In this document: one piece after another, positions 1 through 8,051 of the stretch
How positions within the stretch are numbered: the first letter of the stretch is position 1
Layout: the number at the start of each line of letters is the position of its first letter
Virus record (IMG/VR): IMGVR_UViG_3300037483_001670
Location: 1-64,000 of that record
DNA from: a virus
DNA length: 64,000 nt
Direction: 5' to 3' (one strand)
The notes under the pieces: model-generated
The model's input: only the letters and a program-made list of their open reading frames with translations
Databases searched by the model: none
What the model was told of the DNA's origin: nothing
Position numbers and translations under genes: made by a program

Positions 1-1
1 G

Positions 2-697
2 GCACCCCCCCCGCCGCCGCCCGTGCAGGTGCCCGTTGCGGTGGCGCCGATCGTCATCCCGCCGGCGCAGCCCACGTACGTCTCGCCGACGCCGCCACCG
101 TTGCCCATTACGGCAGCGCCGCCCCCTCCTCCGCCACCCCCGCCGCCCCCTCCTCCGCCGATCATGGTGCCGGCTGCACTGCCTCCGGTTCCGGTGACGG
201 CGTCGCCCGCGGCGCCGATGCCGACGATGGCTCCGCAAGTGACGGCGATCCCGAACGGGCCCACCGTGGTGACGATGCCGAGTGCGCCGCCGCCCGCTCC
301 GCCCGCAACGGCGCCGCCTATGGTGCTGCCGCCGATGCCCACCACCGGGCCGATGGCGCCGAAGGGTCCGGCCCCCGAGGCGCCAGCGATTCCCATGACG
401 CAGTCGTCGATCCCTTTTCCGACGTTCGTGCCGCCGCCAAATGCGCAGGTGACGACGGTGCCGTACGGGCCGACGGTAATGACGTTGCCGGCCGAGACGT
501 ACGACGCGCCGGTGCAGCGGCAGCAGCAGATGGTGCAGGTGCCGAGCTACGTGCCGCAGGTCGCGCCAGCCGCGCCGGCGGGAGGCCAGACCTGGTGGGC
601 GGCGCAGCCGAAATCGACACAGTACGCCATCCTCGGGGGCGGCGCGCTAGCGCTCCTGCTCGGCATTTCACTTCTCACGCGCACGGACGCCGCATAA
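2..697 (+). CDS. Proline-rich membrane-anchored protein, 5' end probably cut by the window edge; putative virion protein
   Basis: Frame is open from the window start. Poly-Pro tracts; C-terminal WWAAQPKSTQYAILGGGALALLLGISLL hydrophobic segment. Confidence 0.8.
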   Translation, partial: APPPPPPVQVPVAVAPIVIPPAQPTYVSPTPPPLPITAAPPPPPPPPPPPPPPIMVPAALPPVPVTASPAAPMPTMAPQVTAIPNGPTVVTMPSAPPPAPPATAPPMVLPPMPTTGPMAPKGPAPEAPAIPMTQSSIPFPTFVPPPNAQVTTVPYGPTVMTLPAETYDAPVQRQQQMVQVPSYVPQVAPAAPAGGQTWWAAQPKSTQYAILGGGALALLLGISLLTRTDAA

Positions 698-712
698 GGG
701 AGACGCAGGGCA

Positions 713-1390
713 ATGTCATACACCACGTACGGACTCGGCGAGGCGCTGCCCGATCTCATCATCCAGTGGAGCGATGGGTACGGGATGCAGTCGGCGATCT
801 TGTCGGCGAAGGGGCCGGAGTGCGGCTACCAAATCGCGACGCAGGTGGCCCTCAATAACCTCGGTTACGGCGCGGGCAAGCCGAACATGAAGGACCCGAC
901 GTGGCTCGATGCGGTTGCGAAGTTTGCCGCGGCGCGCGGGATTGTGCAGCCGGCCGGGCAGCCGCCGACCGATGCGGTATGTGCGCGCATGATGTCGGAC
1001 TGGAAATCCATGGCCGAGCCGACGCCCGCGAACGCGCGCGTGTGGCAGGTGAAGCCCGGTGCCGCGCCGCCGGCGCCAAAGGCGTGCGCGCCAGGCTTCG
1101 ATTGGAACCAGGCCGAGCAGCGGTGCCAGCTGCCGGAGCCGCCGCCTCCCGCGGTGGTACCGGTCGCGATGCCGCCCATTCCGATCACGTCGGTCGCGCA
1201 GCCGACGACGCCCGGGGGGCTTACTCCTGGACCGATGCCGTTCGCGCCGCCGCCCGGTCCGGCGGCTATGCCGGCCATGCCGGACACGGTGAAGTACGCG
1301 ATAATCGGGGGCGGCGCGCTCCTGCTCGTCGGGATCATGCTCGCGTCGCGTCCGAAGAGGAAGCCGCCGGCCGCAGCGCCGGCGGCCTAA
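713..1390 (+). CDS. Membrane-anchored Pro-rich protein with a PG-binding-like N-terminal domain; putative virion protein
   Basis: GGGAGA RBS. MSYTTYGLG start; QVALNNLGYGAG motif; C-terminal TM YAIIGGGALLLVGIML followed by RPKRK. Paralog of 1401..2258. Confidence 0.8.
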   Translation: MSYTTYGLGEALPDLIIQWSDGYGMQSAILSAKGPECGYQIATQVALNNLGYGAGKPNMKDPTWLDAVAKFAAARGIVQPAGQPPTDAVCARMMSDWKSMAEPTPANARVWQVKPGAAPPAPKACAPGFDWNQAEQRCQLPEPPPPAVVPVAMPPIPITSVAQPTTPGGLTPGPMPFAPPPGPAAMPAMPDTVKYAIIGGGALLLVGIMLASRPKRKPPAAAPAA

Positions 1391-1400
1391 GAGGAGACCC

Positions 1401-2258
1401 ATGTCCTATTCGGCCAGCGGAGGTTTCGGCGACATGATCGTGCGCTGGAGCAACAACATTTCCAGCTCGATGTTCATCGCCAAAGGGCCGACGTGCGGAT
1501 CGCAGCGCGCGGCGCAGCGCATGCTGCAAGATCTCGGGTACGGCGCGGGACGCAGCGACATCGAAGACCCGAACTTCGTGTCCGACATGGAGAAGTTTGC
1601 GAACGACCGCAACATCCGGCACACGGTCGGCACTGTGGATCAGGCCATGTGCCACATCCTGAGCCAGGAATGGATGCTGATGGCGCGGCTCGATCCGAAG
1701 GCGGCGCCGTACCTCGTGTACGAGCGCGACCCGGCCAAGCCGAAGCCGGCGCCGATGGTGGTGGACTACGAGGCCGAAAATAGGCCTCCGGTGATCATGC
1801 CGCCGGGCAGTATCATTCCGATCGACCAGTTGCCGCCGGCGTTGCGCCCGCAGAGCTCGACGGCCCCGCCTCCGCCTTTGCCGCCGGCTCCCACGGTGGT
1901 GACGATGCCATCGGCTCCCACTCCGTCGGTCGCGCCGCAGGTTTCCGCGCCAACGCCGTCGCCCGCGGTCGTGCCGCAGGTCGTGACGATGACGACGGTG
2001 CCGCAGGTGTCCCAGCCGCAGGTGACGCCGGTGTATGCCTCGGCTCCGCTCCCCGCGCGCGCGGTGGAGGTGCCGGTCATGCAAGCGATGTCGCCGGCGC
2101 TGGCAGTTCCGGCATGGAAGCGTCCCGCGGTGGTCGCAGGGGGCGCGACGGTGGGCTTGGCTGTTGGCCGTGCGATTGGGGGAGGCAGCGCGGTCGGATC
2201 GATCGTGGGCATGCTCGCGGGCGGCGCGGCGGGTTGGTTTCTAGGGGCACGGGTCTAA
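1401..2258 (+). CDS. Paralog of 713..1390; Pro-rich, C-terminal glycine-zipper hydrophobic segments
   Basis: AGGAG RBS. MSYSASGGFG start; AKGPTCG and QRMLQDLGYGAG align with AKGPECG and QVALNNLGYGAG. Confidence 0.8.
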   Translation: MSYSASGGFGDMIVRWSNNISSSMFIAKGPTCGSQRAAQRMLQDLGYGAGRSDIEDPNFVSDMEKFANDRNIRHTVGTVDQAMCHILSQEWMLMARLDPKAAPYLVYERDPAKPKPAPMVVDYEAENRPPVIMPPGSIIPIDQLPPALRPQSSTAPPPPLPPAPTVVTMPSAPTPSVAPQVSAPTPSPAVVPQVVTMTTVPQVSQPQVTPVYASAPLPARAVEVPVMQAMSPALAVPAWKRPAVVAGGATVGLAVGRAIGGGSAVGSIVGMLAGGAAGWFLGARV

Positions 2259-2269
2259 AGGAGACGCTC

Positions 2270-3370
2270 ATGTCGTACTCGGTGATGGGATCGGCTGGTT
2301 TCGGAGCCTTCACGGGCAACCCGACGATCGGTCGCAACAAGACGGCCAACGCGGCCGTGACCAAGCAGTGGCAGACGTTCCTTGGGATCGGCGCGGACGG
2401 CATCTTCGGTGCCGGCACCGAGACAGCGACAAAACTCTGGCAGACGGCAAACGGGCTCACTCCCGACGGTGTTGTCGGTCCGGCCACCTGGGCGAAAGCG
2501 GACGCGGTGTCGACGGGTGGAACTGCGAGCGGCGGCGGAACGACGATCGTCATTCCGGGTATGGGCCCGGTGACCCTTCCGCCGGGCGTGCAGATTCCAC
2601 CCGGCGCCACGCTTCCTGCGATCCCGGGCATGCCCCCTTTGCCGGGCACCATCCCTCTCCCGGGGGCGTTGCCTCCGGCCGGCGCGGCATCGACCTCTTC
2701 TCCTATTCCACAGGCGTCGGTGCCGCCGCCGGAGCCGTCGTCCTCTCCGAGTTGGTGGGCGAGCCAGCCGAAGAGCACGCAGTACGCCGCGATGGGCGGG
2801 GGCGCGCTCCTTCTCGCTGGCGCGCTCTTTCTCTTGCTCGGCGGCGACGGCAAGAAGCCGGCGAAGGCAACGCCGAACCGACGGCGCCGAGCGCCAGCGC
2901 TGACGGCCGCCGATAAAAATCGCCTGCATGCGTACGGCGGCTCGGCAAGAATCGTTGCGTCGCTTGGTCTGCGCGGCACGAAGACGCGTGCGCTCAACAC
3001 GCTTTATCGAACGCTCACTCGGCGCCGCGCGCCGGTGGCGTTGCGTCGCAAGGTGGCCAGAGAGCTCGAAGGCCGGTCCGAAATGTACCACGCGAACGCT
3101 GCGTGCCATCGTAAGCCGCCGAAGAAGTACCGGTCGAAGGGCGCGACGGCGCGCGCGGACTACGCGGACCCGGCTTGCTACAAGTACCCGATCCGATTTC
3201 GGAAGAAGGGACGCGTGAAGCGCGCGCTCTCGGCGAAGCACATTCGCGCCGCTGCGTCGCGGTTCGGCAAACACAAGCGTCGCTACCCGAAGACGGTCCG
3301 CAAACAGATCGCTGGCCGCATCGCTGCGGCAGAAAGGAAGTACCGCATCGGTCCGTACCGGATGCGCTGA
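2270..3370 (+). CDS. Peptidoglycan-binding domain + Pro-rich linker + TM + basic DUF6582-like C-terminal domain
   Basis: ATG 2270 after AGGAG. ADGIFGAGTETATKLWQTANGLTPDGVVGPATW is a canonical PG_binding_1 motif; TM YAAMGGGALLLAGALFLLLGG; C-terminal YADPACYKYPI...HIRAAASRF resembles DUF6582. Confidence 0.85.
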   Translation: MSYSVMGSAGFGAFTGNPTIGRNKTANAAVTKQWQTFLGIGADGIFGAGTETATKLWQTANGLTPDGVVGPATWAKADAVSTGGTASGGGTTIVIPGMGPVTLPPGVQIPPGATLPAIPGMPPLPGTIPLPGALPPAGAASTSSPIPQASVPPPEPSSSPSWWASQPKSTQYAAMGGGALLLAGALFLLLGGDGKKPAKATPNRRRRAPALTAADKNRLHAYGGSARIVASLGLRGTKTRALNTLYRTLTRRRAPVALRRKVARELEGRSEMYHANAACHRKPPKKYRSKGATARADYADPACYKYPIRFRKKGRVKRALSAKHIRAAASRFGKHKRRYPKTVRKQIAGRIAAAERKYRIGPYRMR

Positions 3371-3373
3371 GGT

Positions 3374-4303
3374 ATGTACACGTCGATCGGTCTCGGTGCG
3401 GCTCCTGCCGCTGCGTGTCGGGTCCCCTCGGATCCGGGCGGCTGGATCACGCCCGCAGGCTTCGCTGCCATGGTGCAGCAAATCTTGGCGTCGGCCGCTC
3501 AGCCGTATTGGAACCTCCCGGTGCCAGCGCCCTACGAGACCGAGGTGCTGAACTGGGTCGTCAACTACGGCTACGTCGACGGCCGCAAAGCGGGCGCTTG
3601 CCAGCTGCAAGTCGCTGGCGACATGTCGATCTACAACGGCAAGGAGTGGCAGGGCTGGTTTCAGTCGGCGTGCCAGATTGCCGGCGCCGGCGACGCGTGC
3701 GGCCGGGTCGCGGCCGAGGCAGCGCAGTTCAACTTACCGTTCGCCACGTGGCTGAAGTCGGCCGCGGCGAATGCGAACGGTGTCGTCCTTGCGTCGCGCC
3801 CCACACCGGGCAGCTGGACCGTGCAGGAGGCGTACTTCGTAGCGCCGTCGATCGACGATGATCCGGTGATGGCGCTGCTCGCCAGCGTTCCGCCTCAGCT
3901 TCAGGCGCCGGCCAAGGCGTACCTCGCGGCGACGAAAGCCGTGCTGATGGCGAAACAGGGCAAGTTCGGCGCAGCGCGCGATCTCTTCGTCGTCTACGCG
4001 CCGAGCCTCGCGAACCTTGGCGTGGCGGTGAACGGCTTCGGTGAGACGTTCACGCTGCCACCGATGCCGCAGGTGCAGATCAGCTACCCGGACGGCAGCG
4101 GCGGAGCGATCACGATCGGCACTGCGAATCCGCCGAACCCGAACGCTCCGCCGCGGGGAGCGCCGCCGGTGAAGAAACCGGAAGAGGCGGGGCTGCCGAG
4201 CGAAAAACTCATGATGTGGACCCAGCTCATTGGCACGGGCCTCGGCATCGTGGTGGGCGGGACAACACTGTACTTCATGCTCCGCAATCGAAGAAAGAAA
4301 TAG
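3374..4303 (+). CDS. Membrane-anchored hypothetical protein; putative virion protein
   Basis: MYTSIGLG start; C-terminal TM LIGTGLGIVVGGTTLYFML followed by RNRRKK. Confidence 0.8.
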   Translation: MYTSIGLGAAPAAACRVPSDPGGWITPAGFAAMVQQILASAAQPYWNLPVPAPYETEVLNWVVNYGYVDGRKAGACQLQVAGDMSIYNGKEWQGWFQSACQIAGAGDACGRVAAEAAQFNLPFATWLKSAAANANGVVLASRPTPGSWTVQEAYFVAPSIDDDPVMALLASVPPQLQAPAKAYLAATKAVLMAKQGKFGAARDLFVVYAPSLANLGVAVNGFGETFTLPPMPQVQISYPDGSGGAITIGTANPPNPNAPPRGAPPVKKPEEAGLPSEKLMMWTQLIGTGLGIVVGGTTLYFMLRNRRKK

Positions 4304-4314
4304 GGAGACTCGTC

Positions 4315-4950
4315 ATGGAAATCGCAAGGCTCGTTCGTCGTACCGGAGGCATGAAGGGCGTTGGCGCGCCGCTTGGCGGCATGGGACGCCGGTCGTTCGA
4401 AGGCTTCGGCGACTTGAACACGCTCGAGCGCCAGGTCTTCGAATACCAGAACGGCATTTGGGCTGTGACCTCGCAGGGCGTGCCGATGATCGAGGGTCTG
4501 ATGGCTCCGTTCTCGACGACGCCAACGGCCTTCGCGTCGCCAAGCGCCAATGGGGACATCGTCATCGTGTGGTACGCCGGCTACCTGATCCCGCCGCCGG
4601 GCTCCGAGCCGGGGCCGTACAACACGTTGAACGAGCTCCTCATGAAGCACGACAAGCCGGGGCGCGTGCATCTCATCGAGACAGACATCATCCATCCGTT
4701 CCCGAAGAAGCGCTCGGTCATCTTGACCGACAACGCGGCCACGGTGGCCGAGCTCGCGAGCACGTCGAGCTCGACGACGCTGCCGGCGTTTGCGGTCGGC
4801 CAGGGAGCCAACCCGAACGTGATCGCTGCGGCGCGCATGATGGGCCCGCCGCGTACCGCGCTCGCGGGCATGTGGGGTGTTGGTGCGGTGGTGGTGGGCG
4901 GCGTGGTGCTGCTTTCGCTGCTCGGCGGACGCAAGTCGCGCCGGTCGTAA
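4315..4950 (+). CDS. Membrane-anchored hypothetical protein, paralog of 4993..5943
   Basis: GGGAGA RBS before ATG 4315. IVWYAGYLIPPPGSEPGPY shared with the next gene; C-terminal TM followed by RKSRRS. Confidence 0.8.
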   Translation: MEIARLVRRTGGMKGVGAPLGGMGRRSFEGFGDLNTLERQVFEYQNGIWAVTSQGVPMIEGLMAPFSTTPTAFASPSANGDIVIVWYAGYLIPPPGSEPGPYNTLNELLMKHDKPGRVHLIETDIIHPFPKKRSVILTDNAATVAELASTSSSTTLPAFAVGQGANPNVIAAARMMGPPRTALAGMWGVGAVVVGGVVLLSLLGGRKSRRS

Positions 4951-4992
4951 ACCGGGCCAAAAAGGCGTACGATTCAGACTGAGGAGGCTTTC

Positions 4993-5943
4993 ATGGTTTC
5001 GCCGATCCAAATGACCGAGATCTCCCACTTCAGGGCGCCCTACAAGGACGCCTACTTCGGAGCGGCGCTCGGCAAGCCCGTGTTCGCGCCCGACTACGCA
5101 CAGAGCGCGCAAGGCTACGGCGTCTACGAAGGCGTCGGCGACGAGACCGCGGCCGAGCTGACGCGGAACCTCCAAGGCCAGTGGGCCAAGGGGGCGGGTG
5201 GTCTCCTTGCGATGTGGGGCCAGAATCCGTGGGGCCAGCAGGGCGGAGGTCGAGGGCGAGCACGGCAGCGGCGAGGCGCGCCGGCGGTGAGCGGCTACGG
5301 TCGAGGAGGCGCCGACGGTTTCGGCGCGATTCCGACTCCGACGGGCAGTACGCCCATCGCGTCGCTCGATCCGTACTTCTCGGTGAAGGGCGGTATCACG
5401 TTCGCGACGCCGGCCACGGCCACGAACCTCGACACGACCCTCCAGAATTTCGGTGCGACCGATCCGGCGTTCGTCGTGCCTACCGCGGACGGGCGGACGG
5501 CGACGATCGTTTTCTACCACGGGATGACGGCACCTCCCGCGGGCGCGGAACCGGGGCCGTACCAGCCATTCGCGCAGGTGTACACGGCCGCGCACGACCA
5601 AGTTCTGAAAAACTCGAACGCTCAGCTGCCGATCGTGCGCTACCAGGGCATGACGCTCGTCGACAAGCAGCTCGCGACGCCGGTTCCGGGCCGACGCACG
5701 GTCATCTTCACGGTCGACCCGGTCGTCATCGCGACGCTGGCGCAATCGGGCGGGGACTACTTCCTCACCGAGGACGAGGTCGATTCGCTCTTGCTCGCCG
5801 CGTCGCGCGGGCAGCTGTCGAACGTGCCGAAGGCGGTCCGCACGGCGAGCTTTTTCTCGTCGCCATTCGGCGTCGCGACGGCGCTTGCTGCTGGTGCGGG
5901 CGTTCTCTACTTCGCATTCGGCAAGAAGCGCCGTCGGGCGTAA
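4993..5943 (+). CDS. Membrane-anchored hypothetical protein
   Basis: GAGGAGG RBS. IVFYHGMTAPPAGAEPGPY motif; C-terminal TM FGVATALAAGAGVLYFAFG followed by KKRRRA. Confidence 0.8.
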   Translation: MVSPIQMTEISHFRAPYKDAYFGAALGKPVFAPDYAQSAQGYGVYEGVGDETAAELTRNLQGQWAKGAGGLLAMWGQNPWGQQGGGRGRARQRRGAPAVSGYGRGGADGFGAIPTPTGSTPIASLDPYFSVKGGITFATPATATNLDTTLQNFGATDPAFVVPTADGRTATIVFYHGMTAPPAGAEPGPYQPFAQVYTAAHDQVLKNSNAQLPIVRYQGMTLVDKQLATPVPGRRTVIFTVDPVVIATLAQSGGDYFLTEDEVDSLLLAASRGQLSNVPKAVRTASFFSSPFGVATALAAGAGVLYFAFGKKRRRA

Positions 5944-5962
5944 CGGAGGACCGTTGAAGGGC

Positions 5963-6616
5963 ATGCCGTTCATCCACGGGATCGAGGGACTCGTCGCCGG
6001 CCTTTTCGGCGACGCGGTCGGCAAGATCGGCCAGCACCAGACGCATCCGCTGATGCGCTCCGGGCTCATGTGGGCGGGACAGGTCGTCAACAACCTCGTC
6101 GCCCGCTACGGCTCCATTTCGATGAGCGGCGTGCGGTGCGGCCTACGCCCGCGCGGTGCGGACGGTCAGTACGCGCAGTGTCCGGATCCGGCGATCGGCG
6201 TTTGCGGGTTCTGCCAGACGGTCACGTGCCTGAACCACGCCTTCGTCGATCGCAACGCGAACATCATTTGTCCGATGTGCATCGCGCGCGCGCAGAAGGC
6301 GCTCAACATCGACCCGAACCAGCAGCACAGCGCCCCTCCGCCGCCTCCTCCGCATGAGCATGCGGGACCGGCTGCCGAAGACGTGCAGGAGGTCAGGCGG
6401 AAGCGTCTTGCTGCGTTGAAGGCGCTCGGTCTCAAGGATCCGCTCGAGGAAGGAGAGCTCGAGCAGGCGTTCCGTAGCCTCATGAAGGCGTCGCATCCGG
6501 ATCGATCGTCGGACGAGAAGGATCGGCAGCGCCGCGAGAAGAAGTGCGCGGGGTATACGGCTGCGTACCACTACGTCAAAGAGCACCCCAAGGTTCGAGC
6601 GAGGAGCGCGGCATGA
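5963..6616 (+). CDS. Zinc-finger (B-box-like) plus C-terminal DnaJ-type J-domain protein
   Basis: CGFC..CLNH..CPMC cluster; ALGL...AFRSLMKASHPDR carries the HPD motif and J-domain helix pattern. Confidence 0.85.
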   Translation: MPFIHGIEGLVAGLFGDAVGKIGQHQTHPLMRSGLMWAGQVVNNLVARYGSISMSGVRCGLRPRGADGQYAQCPDPAIGVCGFCQTVTCLNHAFVDRNANIICPMCIARAQKALNIDPNQQHSAPPPPPPHEHAGPAAEDVQEVRRKRLAALKALGLKDPLEEGELEQAFRSLMKASHPDRSSDEKDRQRREKKCAGYTAAYHYVKEHPKVRARSAA

Positions 6617-6948
6617 TTTCGTACCACAACCCGTTTCCGGTGGCCTTTCCCTACGAGGGGCACGTGCCCGTTCCTGGCTGGGGCTTCACGCCGAACCTTG
6701 CCGGTCCGGCGATGCTCGCTGTCGGAGCCAGCGATCCCACCGGCTACGAGTGGGTGCCGGGGATGCTGATTCTCGCGGCGTTCGCGGCCGGCGGTTACTA
6801 CGGTGGCAAGGAGCTCGCGCGGCGTACGGGCCACAAGAAGGAGAAAGCCCTCTGGGGCGTCGTCGGCGCGGCCGCGCTCCCGACGTTGGTTGCCGGGTTC
6901 ACGGTCTACGCGGTGAACCAATTCGGCAGCGGCTTCAAGGCCATCTGA
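6613..6948 (+). CDS. Small two-TM membrane protein
   Basis: Overlaps the upstream stop (ATGA); two hydrophobic segments; N-terminal VPGWGFTPNLAGP. Confidence 0.7.
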   Translation: MISYHNPFPVAFPYEGHVPVPGWGFTPNLAGPAMLAVGASDPTGYEWVPGMLILAAFAAGGYYGGKELARRTGHKKEKALWGVVGAAALPTLVAGFTVYAVNQFGSGFKAI

Positions 6949-6957
6949 GGAGTGACC

Positions 6958-7359
6958 ATGAGCAAGAGAGCCATCGCGGTCATCGGCGACGTGAACTACG
7001 TCGAGCACGGCGGCATGGTCGTGTTCGACAACGGCGACCTCGAGCTCGTCCAGCCTGGCGAGAACGAGGAGGACCCGGTCGTCATCTACCGGTTCGCGGC
7101 CGATCAGGTGGCCGAGCCGAGCCGAGAATGGTTCGGCGACGACTTGAAAAATGTAGCGAAGTACGTCGACGTCGCCCTGGTCGATCTCGCGGCGGCGCTG
7201 AACAGCGAAGACGTTCGGGTGCGCGCGTCGGCATACTACGATCTCGTCGGCTATTTCGGTGGGCAAAACTTTGACGAGTCGCCGTTGACGCTGACGACGA
7301 AGGAAGCGGAGCGCCGCTACCGGAGCGTCGATCGGTCCCTCGCCAAGCGAAAGCGTTGA
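6958..7359 (+). CDS. Hypothetical acidic phage-type protein
   Basis: GAGGAG RBS; continuous ORF in the operon. Confidence 0.7.
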   Translation: MSKRAIAVIGDVNYVEHGGMVVFDNGDLELVQPGENEEDPVVIYRFAADQVAEPSREWFGDDLKNVAKYVDVALVDLAAALNSEDVRVRASAYYDLVGYFGGQNFDESPLTLTTKEAERRYRSVDRSLAKRKR

Positions 7360-8051
7360 ACCTGGTGAACCTCCTCGACGAAATCACCTTCTGGTCGCGG
7401 CAGCTCTCGGAGCACGCGCTGTTCCTGCATCTCGGGCTCGACCATCCCGGGATGAAGGCGCAGGCGTTCGCCCTGCACCGCCAGTGGGAAGCGTTTCGCG
7501 CAGAGCTCGGGCAGTTGACGGCGAACGAGGGGCCTGTGGCGCGGGATCGCGCCATCGTGCTCGCGATGGATCTGCGCGCGCTGAAGCTCGAGGTCTTCAA
7601 CACCCAGAAGACCGGCACGTGGCTCGGATGGCTCTTCCCGACGTTCGTCGACCACATGCGGCGCGAGCTCGACTACTTCATCGGCAAGATCACGGGCAAC
7701 CTCACCGACATGAACCAAGAGGCTTGCGTCTGGATGCGTTTCATGGCCGAGCACGCGTCTTTCGCGGCCCACCTCCTCGACCCGGAGGAAGTGCCGCTGA
7801 TCAAGCAGGCGGCGCGGCTCACGCACGACTTTCTGCGGATCGAGGATGGGTGCGGCAAGGTCACGTTGCCGTCGCTCCTCGAGCTCGGAAGGCGGTCGGG
7901 GCGCGAGCTCGACGAGTATTTTCAGCGGTCCGGCATTGGCACTGCGAAGGTGCGGTCGGTCATCCATCCGGTGCTCGCCGAGCACGTCGTCCGTGAGGGG
8001 ACGCGGTTCGTGCAGACGCTCGACCGGATGATGCCGAGGACGGTGGGCTGA
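7356..8051 (+). CDS. DUF2935-domain protein (two repeats)
   Basis: FWSRQLSEHALFL and WMRFMAEHASFAAHLLDPEE motifs; HVVREGTRF C-terminus. Confidence 0.8.
   Translation: MNLVNLLDEITFWSRQLSEHALFLHLGLDHPGMKAQAFALHRQWEAFRAELGQLTANEGPVARDRAIVLAMDLRALKLEVFNTQKTGTWLGWLFPTFVDHMRRELDYFIGKITGNLTDMNQEACVWMRFMAEHASFAAHLLDPEEVPLIKQAARLTHDFLRIEDGCGKVTLPSLLELGRRSGRELDEYFQRSGIGTAKVRSVIHPVLAEHVVREGTRFVQTLDRMMPRTVG

Noticed and set aside
1-400. Poly-CCG/CCN tracts as a non-coding tandem repeat
   Set aside because: They are poly-proline codons within the first ORF.
4084-6093. 669-aa minus-strand ORF and similar long antisense ORFs (11013..12575, 20810..22324, 53351..55606)
   Set aside because: They overlap well-supported plus-strand genes with RBSs and motifs; Arg/Ala-rich shadow translations.
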